DNA of 64,000 nucleotides from Takakia lepidozioides. Taxonomy: Eukaryota; Plantae; Bryophyta. The stretch is from NCBI GenBank assembly GCA_030704615.1, contig CM060732.1:682001-746000 (forward strand). The letters are read 5' to 3'. The position numbers were made by a program, and so were the translations under genes. How positions within the stretch are numbered: position 1 is the first letter of the stretch; every line of letters begins with the position of its first letter. Positions 28,166 to 40,591 of this stretch are shown here, in pieces. The notes under the pieces were generated by a model. The model was not told the origin of the DNA and made no database searches. It was given only the letters and a program-made list of their open reading frames with translations.

Positions 28166-29175
28166 AGGGCTGATCAGCCAGCGGATCAGCCCTGTGGGAC
28201 CCAGCGGATGTGGGGGCGGATATCCGCCGTGACCACGCACATGGGCGGATGAAATCTGCGGACTCATCCGCTGGGTGAACTCGGGCAAGAATTCACCATA
28301 GCCAAGTTTTCAGTGCCTTGAACTTTCCATTCTGAGTGATGGATAAAGCATTGTAATTTCTTTGATTTATCAAATTGATCTAGGAATAGTCTGTATTAGG
28401 GTCCCTTATCAACCATTTAGGCGATACTTAATTCAAAATGAAAGTACGCGTTTTGGGAATTTTTCAGATTTTGGCATAATTGTTCGGAAACTATGGGACC
28501 AAAGTGCCTAATGCCTGAAAATTGCAGCAAAAAACTTTCAAGCCTCTTCTCATCTTGTTTGTAGTAAGATGAAAATTTCATTGAACAAAAATCAATACAA
28601 ATATATGCGTGCGGAAATAACTTCCTACAAATCCTATGAAAACCTAATGGAGTATGGACTCATGAGGCATTGGGTTTCTATTTTGTATTTTTATTCTTAA
28701 GAAAATAAATGTTTTCTCTTCTCATGTGCCTAACTCAAAAAAAATATAGCATGAAGATGCCTAATGTGAGAAATGGTTTGAGAAACGTGCCTAAGCAGTC
28801 TGTTTGGTTTTTAATAATTATTAGGCGCAAAAATGCCTAAACGGTTGATAGGGGACAATACCTTAGGCATTTGGTCTCGTTATGAATATAATATTTGGCT
28901 GCATATGTTTTGTGTGCAGTTTCTGTGTTGATCGGATACTATGTGCGATTGGAAAAGGCTCTACTTACAGACTTTAAAGCCATTGCGTGACTAGCCGCTT
29001 TGTTTTAACATGAAAATTAACTTTTGTTTTTTAATCTAAAAAGTGTTTTTTTCATCTACTTTTATCCGGCGGATCAGCTCGCAGGCCGAGCGATCGCGCG
29101 GGGCGAATATCGCTATCAGCGCGGGGAAGCGGTGTCAGGGGCGGATCCGCCCACTTTTCCAGCGGATCAGCCCCG
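28166..29175. mobile_element. Probable non-autonomous DNA transposon with GCGGAT/GATCAGC-rich ends
   Basis: CAGGGCTGATC near 28166 and GATCAGCCCCG near 29175; GCGGAT repeats cluster at both GC-rich ends around an AT-rich core. No TSD found. Confidence 0.45.
28401..28856. mobile_element. MITE nested in the element above
   Basis: 22-bp inverted repeat GTCCCTTATCAACCATTTAGGC / GCCTAAACGGTTGATAGGGGAC (2 mismatches); internal GCCTAA repeats. Confidence 0.65.
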
Positions 29176-30251
29176 TTTTTTGGTCATGTGCGCAGGAGAG
29201 TTCACCAAAGAGAAAGCGCGCGAAAGCCCACCAGGGCATCCCCCTCGCCCTGAGCATGCAGCGGCCGGTGTCCACACGGGCGGACAAAAAAAGACGCTGC
29301 TTGGAGGTGGTGCTGTTGGATCCGCCGATCGATTTGTCCTCTTTGCAAACACGTACTACCTACCTGAGTACATACGTATGAGATAAGGTTGAGGACGATA
29401 CAACCAAAAGAAAGGTAGCTACTGTAGCCTGGTCGACCATCCGTCAACAGAGGCCTGCAAGCGACAGTGGAAGTAAGACAAGATAGAGTTGTGGGTGGGT
29501 CCCAGATGGAACGTGGTGGACTAATGGCCATGGTGCCCCCACACGCTTGCGGTGGGGCTTTGCGGAGGTGGCGGTGAACTCTTACCGACAATTGTGACGA
29601 CATGAAGCTCATCACCCACCTCACCTCGCCTCACCTTCGCCGTGGCTTGGCTTCCATGGCGGCCAGCTCCCTGACACCTGCCGGAAAGTCGGCTCCTGCT
29701 CCATGCTCCATTGTCCGCTTCCGAGCTCTGGCAATGATACCTGATGAAAGGGGACAGGAAGGATTGGATTGGAGTCCCTCTCTCGATAATATGTGAAGTG
29801 CCCTGCACAGTCAGTCGTATCATGGCATATCTCGAGCTTAGGAGAAGACATTCACCTAATCCTCCGCAAACGATAAGCTTAGATGCCACAATTTGGAAGG
29901 CATGGCTGGACCAAAGGTTCGCACTTCTTCGCACATGTTTACTCCATTTTAGTAAAATCTTCCGACAATGTTAGAAGTCTCACTTCTACTTAGAAGTCAG
30001 GCTGCCGAGGCAAGTAGGAAACCGTACATCAGATTATAATGTACATTAGACGAATCAACACGTGTAAAGAGCTGTCCAGGTATGTCCGGCATGTAAATAA
30101 TGAGATCCTAACCATCATCACTCATGAGTCCTGTTTCAAAGAAACAATCAGTTGTCTGTCATGACTCCACGCATTGAATCAGTTCTGTGTTGCGTGGACA
30201 AGAGAAGTGTAGGGACCGTTGCTGTACATGTACACTAGTTTGCAAGGGCGC

Positions 30252-32882
30252 AACAACGCAACCCACAACGCAATTCAAACTTGCCAAGGTCTGCTGGCAG
30301 AAGGAGAGGAGAGAGAGAGAGAGAGAGAGAAGGTGGGTGGGAAGAAGGGGTGGCCGAGTTGGCAGGGCACGTGCCCTCACGTTCCCTCGGACAGAGTGGA
30401 AGGGTGATTGTAACTTAAAGTCAGCGCGCTGCCCCCCTGCTTCCCTGCAAAACTGGCACGCCGATCATGGCTGCCCGTATATAGCTGCCCGCCGCCCTGT
30501 GCGCAAAGCTCGCTTGTCACCCTCCACCTGGGGATGAATCTGTAGAGAGACTTCAATGTCTAAAGATCTATCCAAGACTGCTGGACCCAACCTGGAATTG
30601 AGGAGCGAGGTGGGTAGGGAACTGACTCAGCTCCCTGCTAAGTTTGTCTCTCTTTGGAAAACCAACCTCCCTCCCGTCTCTCTCTGTCTCTCTCACTCTC
30701 ACAGTTTGTGGATCATTCAGGCTTGCTTTGTCTAGGCTGCAAAGCTAGACGTTGGAACTGAAAGGTAGTGTGGGAAGGGACGGTGTGATATCTTCCCCCT
30801 GGTAATCTACCTCCAGGTGGGCTGGATGAATCTGCAGCTGAAGAAGGAAGTTAGTGAACAAAACTGTGAAGTGAGCACTGGGTTGCTTTGTTAGAGGTCC
30901 TGAAGTTATCAGAGATCGATCGACATATGATCCAGTTCTCACACGCCTTCATCAAGTCTGTCACCATCGCCTCGGACTATATGTGCTGGATGCAGGTATA
31001 GATTACTTCCAATTGGCAAGTTCCTCCGTATCCACGAGGGGAAATAAGAGGATCTCAGGTCCAGAGGTGGCATATCGGAGCATCGCCTTCAAGTACCCCC
31101 CCGTCTTCAGTGCATTCCAAGTCTACTGGAAGTCTACTGTAGTTCGTCAGGTCGAGACCAGTGTTGGGCGGTTACCCGCCTGGCCCCGGGTAACCGCCGG
31201 TTCCGGTTATGTGGAACCGGACCGGAACCGGACCCGCCTGTGCAGAACCGGAACCGGAACCGGAACCGCTCATTGGGGATTGTGTGGGAACCGGAACCGG
31301 CGGTTCCAGCTACGACCACATGTGTGGGAACCGGCGGTTCCAGCTCCAAAACGGTTCCGGTTCTTGGTTCTTGACCCCCTGGTGGGGCTGGTGGGCCCAG
31401 GGAAAAACTTATTTAATGCTCTTAAGCTCCTGAGATCCTGGGTTCAATGCTTGAAGGCCATGAGATTCTATGTTCAATGCTTCAGCGCCATGAGATCTTG
31501 GGTTCAATCTCCAGCTCCATGATATCCTGGCTAAGTTCATTAATAAAATGTTTGAAGATGCCAATACTTGCCAGGTAGCTGAATAGTACTTTCAACCAAT
31601 AAAATTTTACCCATTTTCTTCTACCAGTTTATCTAGAGTATTTTTGTTTGTTTTTTTGTGTTAGTGAAAACTAACAAAATCGTTGGATTTTAGTTCAAAT
31701 ATGTGAATACACTGCTATTTAATCTACCGGACTGATAAAATATTTTAAATCTAATTAAATTAAACAAATATATTTTTAAAATAGAACCGGAACCTAACCG
31801 GAACCGATGGTTTTTATCAGCAACTAACCGGTAACCGGAACCGCCCCCATGTTTAAAAGTTGGATCCGGAACCGGACCGGAACCGGCTCAATAAAAAAAA
31901 ACCGGAACCGGATCCGGAACCGTCTCTTGAAATAATTTTGGAACCGGAACCGAAGGTTCCTTCACAAATGCAAGAACCGCCCAACACTGGTCGAGACGAA
32001 CTACAGTACTTGACGAACTACAGATTATATGATCCTGAAAGTGTTTCTTCTGAACCTTCGAAGTGGTTCCCTCGCTTAGATCGGCGTCCAAAAACCGCAA
32101 GTGTTAGATGCGTGTACAGAAGAGCCAAGTGAATCAAGTTCCAGGATTATATCCAGACGAGTCTATCAATCCATTCAGAGGTTTGGACTTTATTAGGTTG
32201 TAGGAGGTTACACATTCCGAAGCTGTACCCACGATGAAGTACCGGATTTTGTCCCCTCAGTTCATATGTTTCTCTTCTCGAAGCTAGCAGCCTTTACCGT
32301 CTTCTATAGGTTTGCAAGAAACGGCGTAGTAAATGTGTAACCCATTAGACGTAGATGCTGCTTTGGAGACAGGAGCAGTTGGGCTGCCTTGCAGGTTACA
32401 GGCGCTAGCATGAGAATCTTCGTCAGCCAGAGAGTCATCAGAACGTGTATTATGTAAAGTAGGGTAGTATGAAGCTGGCGTGGTCAGGTGCAGCTTCATG
32501 CAATATGCCAGGCCGACTGGGGTCTCCCTCAGTGCTGCAGCACAAGTCTTCTCTCTCACGGCAGCGCCAGACCTTCCCATAAGCCCTGGACAGTTTGAGC
32601 ACAAGGAGGCATGTCACTCTAGTTACAATGGTGAGCAATGGTGTTCCTGTAGACTTGCGGCCATCGCTGCTTCAGCACAATCTGGATTTCCAGGGATCCA
32701 TAACAGGGGTGCCTTTGCCAAGTACGCGTCCAGACTCGCTACAAGCTAGTTTCAGGTCCGCAGACGTAATGGAATCAAAAGAATCCCAAAGCATCGACTA
32801 CCACAAAGGCGAAAGAAGAGATCCTTCAAGCCCAAACTACCCCACAAGTTACACTAGTCCCCAACAGGTCAATGGCATCAAC
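30252..32882 (+). pseudogene. Truncated duplicate of the WRKY upstream region and 5' part of exon 1
   Basis: Colinear with 50774-52515. Carries an indel-disrupted coding part, is interrupted by the hAT MITE, and is cut off by a Copia LTR at 32883. Confidence 0.9.
31159..31989. mobile_element. hAT-family MITE
   Basis: Perfect 15-bp TIR CAGTGTTGGGCGGTT / AACCGCCCAACACTG; 8-bp TSD GTCGAGAC (31151-31158, 31990-31997); dense GGAACC subterminal repeats; empty site in the paralog at ~51638. Confidence 0.95.
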
Positions 32883-34470
32883 TGTACAGCGAATGATAGA
32901 TCAGGGTTATAGCCTAGAGTATCTTACTGGATAGTAGGTGAGAGATCACACTTGGACATGACTCTACATAGGATTGCACCTCTTCAGTGTGAAGGGATTT
33001 AAGGCTTGGTAGCACTTCTTTAATTAAGAGATTTACTTCTTCTCTCATCTCTCTCAAGCACACTCTTGTATTATCTCTCTTATATCAGACATGGTATCAG
33101 AGCCAAGTTACTTAGATCTTTTAGAGTGTTAAAAGAATGAGAGAGGAAAAACAGAAATGACTCAATTCAAAGCAACTGACCTTAGGAATGTAACCAAATT
33201 TGATAGTACATATTTTCATGTATGGAAACATCGAGTGAGGTTAATTCTGAAAGCCGAAAAGTTTTTCAATATGGTGGATGGAACGCTGGTAAGACCAATT
33301 ACTCCTCCACCAACTCCTGGATCATACATACGCCAGCCACAGGTGCTGGCAGTAAAAGGGAGTGGGACGAAAAAGATGCTCTCGTTCTCACACTAATAAC
33401 AAATTGCCTTGAAGACAATCAAGTGTCTCATGTAAGCTCTCTTGATAATTCAAAAGAGGTTTGGGATGAGTTGCCCAAGTTGTTTGAATCACAGGATGCA
33501 ATTACTAAGATGTACCTGCGTGATAAACTTGCCACACTAAAATGAGGGAGAACGAGAGCATGACAAAGCATATTCATGCCTTTCGATCATTACTGGAGCA
33601 ATTGTCAACGGCTGGATCACCTATCAATGATGAAGACAATGTGATATCTCTAATGAGGAGCATGCCTATAAGCTACAGAAGCTTTTTGGTGGCTCTGAGA
33701 GGGCGACCCAACATGACATTGCAGACCCTCATCATATACTTGCTGCAAGAAGAGACTCTTATGAAGAGCTTCGAAAGAAGATGATGGACCAACTTCTCAA
33801 ATAGTGAAAGTGGGGAAAAAGAAGATGCGATGCTTCTTTTGCAAAAAGCTTGGTCATATGCAGAAAGATTGTCGTAAACGACTTGTTGCTGAAGCGGGAA
33901 AACAAGGCAATACATCCAGTTCTTCACAATTGTTGTATGTTGCTGCTCTCATATCTAAAACAGAAACTGATAATTTATGGTTGGTTGATACTGGTGCAAC
34001 TGAGCACATGGCATTTGATTCTATTTGTGTATCTCTGACAATTCAGCCCACGAAATAATGGGTAAAGGGAATGTCTCAATTTTTCTACTTGATGGACAAA
34101 TTCAAGAAGTACATCATGTCCTTCATGTCCCCGTCCTGAGAAAACTACATATGGAGGAGAACTTACAATTAAAGGAGGGAGTTGCTTATTGTCCAAAAAT
34201 GGGCATTTACTTGCAACCTGCAAGATGGAAAATGACTTGTACAAGCTAGGGATCTCGAAAATGCCAAGCGAGGTTCATGCTAATGTTGTAAGCTCATATT
34301 CTGCCGCAAATCTGTGGACCAATGCAATCAGCCACACACACAGGATTCATGTACTTCATCACATTCATTGATGACTACTCAAGATACACCGTGATTTACC
34401 TTCTACGGAACAAATCACAAGCCTTCTCAACATTTCAAAAGCACAAGGCCATGGCTGAAAATCAAGTGGG
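32883..34470 (+). mobile_element. Ty1/Copia 5' portion: LTR, PBS, gag, protease, integrase fragment
   Basis: TG...CA LTR 32883-~33091; PBS TGGTATCAGAGC at 33092-33103; zinc knuckle CFFCKKLGHMQKDC; protease WLVDTGATEHM; integrase YFITFIDDYSRY; frameshifted and internally deleted. Confidence 0.9.
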
Positions 34471-35460
34471 AAACACAGGTCTTTGTCTAGAAGAATCATT
34501 TCCATTCTAAACTTCCAGGACTGATAATTGGTTCCATTGAACCGATCTTCTACTCTTATATCTAATGCGTTTCCATGAGTAGAATTTGCCATTAGGTCTT
34601 TCTTTTCTCACTATTTAAGACTTTATACTTGACAGTCAGCAAACTCACAGACTTTATTGATCACTAGCCGTGGACCAAGTTGCTTTGGTTAAGAGTTCCC
34701 TTCGAATCACGTCCGCTGCCACCTCGTAGCACCTCCTCTATCTAGCATGAAACTGCAACCACCTTGTAGCAACCGGCTCTGATACCATGTGAAAAACGTA
34801 GATAGAACAAAATGAGAATTGTATAGAAGCTCTCCACCCAACCATACAAGCATGCACAACAAGAACAACTTATATGTGGCTTCACCCCCGAGCTTCTTAT
34901 ATAGTTCTAGCTAAAAGCAATCACTACAGACTTGCCTTTTAGACCTACTTTTATTATATATGTTAAGTAGTCCCATATGGACTAGCTTTAACTTTAAGAC
35001 AAAAGCCTCTCTAAATAGAGAATTACTTTTAATGTCTGTAACTTTATCTACAAGTCAGGACGTTGTAGATTATCTCAGCGAGATAATCACGTAATCTCAA
35101 CCTTCCAATGTATTTGAAGACATTACACCAAGTTCAAGTGAACACTTGATGTGTTTTGGCTTTGGTAGGCTTTTTGTCAAAACATCTACAACCATGTCTT
35201 TTGTAGAACAATTTACCACTTCGATTTCTCCTTTGCCTACAACCTCCTGAACGTAATGATGTTGAACCTTAATGTGCTTAGTCCTCGAATGATATTTTGG
35301 GTGTTGACTTAATGCAATCACACTTCGATTGTCACAATATAGAGTTATAGGGTGTGGCTCTAGGTGCCCCAAATCTCCAAGTAGCTTCCGCAACCAAACA
35401 ACTTCATTTGTTGTTTGTGTAGCTGACATGTACTCGTCTTCTGTGATGAAAGAGCTGTTG
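34470..35460 (-). mobile_element. Ty1/Copia RNase H - LTR - PBS - gag junction
   Basis: RNase H ORF 35097-35471 (LYCDN..IAL..HSRTKHI...DVLTKSL); LTR-like ~35090-34788; PBS at 34776-34787; gag start MANSTHGNALDIRVEDRFNGTNYQSWKFRM. Confidence 0.85.
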
Positions 35461-35462
35461 GA

Positions 35463-36190
35463 TAAATGCATGGTTGGGTGGGCTCAAAAGCGGCATATGT
35501 TGAGTCCATTGGGAGTATATGATTTTTTTCTTTGGACTATATGTTTTCAGTTTATTTTTAAACAAATAGATAGTAGTATACCTAATATTTTTAGTAAATA
35601 GTACCCCCGAAAGAAAATATTGTTTACTAGAAATTTTAATCTTTAATTTGAAAAAAACATTTAGACGTCAAAACTTAAAGTTTACCACCAATTGTCCATA
35701 TACCACCTGGCCATTCTAGATTATAGGTTTGTATGTCTTTTCAGTAAAAGATGGTACCCCAAAAACCCAAAACATAAGATGCTATGGACTAGAGCAAATC
35801 AACCTATTTTTTAGGTATATAGTAGTCCATAGCTCTCAATTCTTAAAGTAATTAGTCCATATAAACGTGGATTTGGGTTTGTTTCAAAAATACTTTGTTT
35901 TCATTTCTACCATTATATGAGTGTAGATCTGTTTTTTTTAGTCCATAAGATTTTATGCTGTAACATCTCCAGTCCACAACAATCATCTTTAAAAGTCCAT
36001 AGCTTTGTAACAAATTTTTTTTTTGCAATCTGACAATTGGTACATATTTCTATTGTAGTTAGAAACCTTACTCCAACCAAACTTATGTAAAATTCTGATT
36101 TGTTGGAAAAATGTAGTTGAAATCATGGATGGAGGTCACTACAGAAACTGCCATATTACACAATCTCTGAGCCACCCAACCATGCATCTA
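35463..36190. mobile_element. MITE-like element
   Basis: ~25-bp inverted termini TAAATGCATGGTTGGGTGGGCTCA / TGAGCCACCCAACCATGCATCTA; AT-rich interior with AGTCCATA repeats. Confidence 0.7.
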
Positions 36191-36544
36191 CTTTGTTGAA
36201 GTTTTCGTTTGCTAAACCAAGACACCGCGCCATCCTCGGGGCTCTCCCCTATTTATACTCAAGGTCTTACATGCCAGAAATAGCAGAAATAGCCAAGACA
36301 TTTATGACATATTACAATAACTCTGAATAGAAATAATTTGAGCACCCCCACTCAACGAGTTGCCAATACACCAAATTGACAACTAATGCCTCAATTTATT
36401 TTTGATGAATTCAATAGAGCATGAACAGCTGGAGTCGTCAGGAGAACAAAATATCCTTGACGAGTTGTCAATATATATGATATGCCTTGTTGGGTGACCT
36501 ATATTTTAGAGAAAAACGATAACCATATTGTTTGCATTGTGGTT

Positions 36545-38080
36545 TGAGATGCAGTCATATGTGCTTAGTCTTTGGTAAGTTTTTTGTCAAAACATCAGCA
36601 ACCATGTCTTCTGTAGTGCAGTAGACCATTTTGACTTCTCCTTTATAATTCCCAACCGCACTATGATAAGGAATAATCCTCATATCCTTCTCTTCTCCCC
36701 TAGTCATAGGTGTCATGTCATTTGAGAGTTTCAAACTAGCTTTGAGAGGAGTTGCAACCGCCTTACTTAATTCCAACTTGAACCTTTGAAGTATGGTCTG
36801 AATATACTGGTGTTGATGCATATGTACACTGTATCCGAACTCTGTTAATTTTGTATACAAAGGCAGAACTGAATCTCACCCATATCAGTCATCGCAAACT
36901 TTGAATTTAGTAGAGTTTTGGTTTGTGGTAGTAAACCTTGACGATCACTAGTAACAATAATTCTGTCATCCACATATATTGCTATGACCACAAATAAACC
37001 TCGTCTTCATCATTTGAGTATGCAATACTCATTTCAAATTTTATCTTCACAAAATAAACATCCATCCTTGCATACCAAGCACCTGGACTTTGTTTGAGCC
37101 CATATAAACTCTTGTGTAGTTTGTACACGAAATTCCTTCCTTGAGTATATCCTTCAAGTTGTCTCATATAAATCTCTTCCTTGAGGTCACCATTCAAAAA
37201 TGTTGTCTTCACATCCATTTGACTCAACCTCATAATGATACTCAGCTGATAGGGCCTCCGTTGATAAAATAACAATTGTAGCCTTGCTTCTTGGTGCACC
37301 ATTTGTTAGCATAAATACATAACCGTATTTAGAATGGCGGCCATCAACATTACTAGTACTAGTCCAATCTGCATCATAGGATCCAATATAGATCTTTATG
37401 CCCTTGCGACCAATATCTAAAATACCATTTTGAACCTTCTTGGTCCAAACGAACATTATCAATGTTCTTTCTCGAACTATGATTCTCAAACATAGACCAT
37501 AGTCTAGTGTGCCCTTGAGATAACGAAAAATCCGTTTTACTGCAATCCAATGGAGTTGCCCAGGGTTAGTCACAAATTAGCTCATAACCCCTATTAATTG
37601 TGCAATATCTTGCTTTTGTACGTCCATTGCACATATGAGATTTTCCACAATATTATAATAAAGAATAGCTCTCATTATTTCCAAGTCTGCAACACTGTTA
37701 GGATTTATCCCATTAAAGAGTTTACAATCTGGAACAAATAGAGGTTACACTGACATATTTTCAGCTTTACCGTAACATCTCAAAATATCTTCCAATGACT
37801 AGATTCATCTGATTGTCTCTCAAGCTCATAATGAGGTTAGCCCTAGCCTTTTGATCTTTTCTGTCCCATAAACCTTGGCAACCGCATCGTTAGGTCTTAC
37901 ATGTGACCCATCAATAACTCCCCACAGGTCTTTATCAAGAAGAATCATCTCCATTCTAAACTTCCAGGACTGGTAATTGGTTCCAATATTGAACTGATCT
38001 TCTACTCTTATATCTAATGCGTTTCCATGAGCAGAATTTGCCATTAGGTCTTTCCTTTCTCACTACCTAAGACTCTGACC
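36545..38080 (-). mobile_element. Scrambled Ty1/Copia fragments (gag, RT, RNase H)
   Basis: gag MANSAHGNALDIRVED; RT motifs QMDVKTTFLNGDL, KSLYGLKQ, HWIAVKRIFRYLKGT, DADW; RNase H ADVLTK. Segments are out of normal order. Confidence 0.85.
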
Positions 38081-38474
38081 GACAAAAGCATAGCCCTCCT
38101 CAAATCTCCAGTTACCATTCGCCCCAAACTCTCCCTTATTCAATCGGTACTCAAACCACTCTCCCTCCCAAATCGATAAGCATATTATCAATGACCCCGG
38201 TCGACTAGGACTTATATATTGGGGTCTCCTCCAATTCCTAGCTAATAAGTACAACGGCCTCTACTCCCTGCCTACCCTTCACCCCCAATCTTGCCGCCAC
38301 TCTCCTACCGCTAGAACTCTATACATCCTACGCCAAATGAACATCAGCATACAAACTGATCTCCCGGGCTACCCTAATACCATCTCCCCCCTTGAACAAG
38401 CATGGCTCAACAGTCCATCTCTCTCCGAATTCGAAGATCTCCACCCCCGCCAAAAAACACCCATATTAGCCTTG

Positions 38475-39326
38475 TAGAACGTCCAACTGCAAATCTTTGC
38501 CTAGCAAGCTGTGAGGGAGCAGGAATATAATCAGATTTAACTCAGAATAAGAAAACCCAGCCTAGTCATAAATCATTGATTGCGCTGTTCTTTCTAGGTC
38601 TCCATGTATTGCTAAGGAATATGGTCAATTAGCCTACTCCCAAGATTGTATGTTTATCCTCCACAGCAGACGATCCATAAGCGCTTTGAATCCCCATGGA
38701 TGTTATAAAGTTTCTTTCTCTCTTTACATTCCTCTCACTTGCTGAGCATTCATTCCACACAACTATGTTCCCTTTCATAGTGCAGGGTGTTGATATATTT
38801 AATGGGTGATGTGGAGGAAAGGTACATGGTCTTGTGCAAAAAGGATCAAGGGGACATGGACTTCTCAAGCATTTGCAGCCATTACTACAAGGGAGCACCC
38901 AAACAGGTGGCTACGGATATCACACCAGAAGCTTCATGAGCTGGGTGCAGAGGGGTGAATTTCATGCTATACAACTCATTCCGCGAGGGAGTTTCTCATG
39001 AAAAAGGGAGAGTATCCCGTGGAATTGTTGAATGTACTGTAGTGACATTTCATACACTGATGTGAAAGAAGTCTTAAGCTAGGCAAAGAGATACATGAGA
39101 AATGTGCACCCTCTGAGGTTTTATTGGGTTCCCATCAATGTTAATGCCATATAAGTTGCTTCTAGCTAGAGATGTTGTGTGGTCAGGTGGTGGTTGCAGA
39201 GTTGTTGTGTAAGAACCTGAGAGAGAGTTGTCCTAGCAAGAATATCCTTTGATCAAAAGCTGGCTAAGCTGATCATTGCACTAGCATCTGGACCTCATGT
39301 GGATATTCCATGTTGGGTCTTCCCCT
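38475..39326 (+). pseudogene. Inverted duplicate of HIBADH last intron part, last exon and 3' region
   Basis: Reverse complement of ~8164-8932; last-exon copy at ~38821-38939. The duplicated sequence resumes after the Gypsy element (47016-~47775, matching ~7805-8165). Confidence 0.9.
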
Positions 39327-39689
39327 TGTCAGGTTAAATAAGCACAGTGTGAAAACAGCTAGAATAAAACTAGTTATTTGTATTTAACACTTGGATTTAG
39401 GTCAAGTGTTAAATCAGGTGTCAAGTTTAGTTTGACACCTGGTCCGTCTTATCTTCACGAGAGCGGCAGTCGCGCAGCTCATCTCTCTCGAGTTGAGCCT
39501 GCGCGACCGAGCTCCTTCATGCGTTTAGATTTGAGTGTGTTTATGATGGGAGTGTAGGTTGTTGTGGGGTGGAGTCCCCATAGCTTGGGGTGCCCTTGGC
39601 TCGACTTCTGTTTTAAAGAGTGATAGCGATGGATTCATGTTGTTTCTGGTGTGAGCAGTGTGTTTTCTAGTTTTCTTATCACTCGAGAG

Positions 39690-40078
39690 AGATCTTGGAA
39701 CAGTCCCTTCCACGCCATGAATGGGGTGAATAGCTGTGGATTGCGCATCTGCTGCAAATCACACCAGCTGTCGAACTCCTGGATAAAGTCATCCAACTCG
39801 ATTGTGCCCACAGCTCCAGAGTACCTACGAGGTCCCTTGGTAGCTCCATACATCTCCTCCATGTCGTCCCACAACAATGACGAATGAAAGTGCACATCTG
39901 TTGATGAAGCCTTCGAGTCTGTGTCTGACTCTACAGTAATTGAGGGTGGCGGTGAAGGTGGTCTGAACCGAATACCTCGTCTTGTGAACCCACTCTCATT
40001 GTTACTGCCTGTAGCCGTACTCCCCTCAAAACCCTTGGGTAACTCCGTAATGACACTCACAATGTGCACCTCCTCCAC
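39690..40078 (-). pseudogene. Gypsy gag N-terminal-like fragment, inverted relative to pol
   Basis: ORF 39635-40078 (GPRRYSGAVGTIELDDFIQEFDSWC...AWKGLFQ) resembles the start of a retrotransposon capsid; family match is from memory. Confidence 0.55.
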
Positions 40079-40591
40079 GTGACACTATAAGGCTCTAGTA
40101 CTAATCTAATAGTGACACGGGTGGGCACCTGTTGCAGTTTAAGGGTCATATCCCAATGGCTCAGGGCACCTGCACCTGCATCCACCGCAAGAACTCCTAT
40201 GGTTGGCTGGTCATCAACCCAGCCTCACCATAGAAGAAACACTGGTGGTCTTGCTGGTCATCACTCCAGCCTCACCACCGACAGCATACTCTAGGAATGA
40301 CCGGTGATCAAATCCGGCCTAATCCCTATGAAAGCAAGCGCCCACACAAAACCAACATGGCGCACAGTCAAGCATGCAGGTGTTGGGGGGGATCCAAACA
40401 CAAGAAAACAAAACATCAACACCCCCACACCAAAATCCAGCTGCAATGCTGATCCTGCAAAATAGCCCAGCCCAAAACCCCGGACTGACTGGCCTCCACC
40501 AAGAGAGGCTTTGGCAACTACAAGTACAAGGTAATGAAAATAGTACAGAGATGGCAAAAGGCCGGCACAAGCACAGCCTGCACAGTTGCAG

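Noticed and set aside
31190-31985. GGAACC repeat arrays resembling CRISPR or satellite repeats, and ORFs 30983-31522 / 31209-31433
   Set aside because: No repeat-spacer structure or cas genes; these are subterminal repeats of a hAT MITE with TIR and 8-bp TSD, and the ORFs are repeat artefacts.
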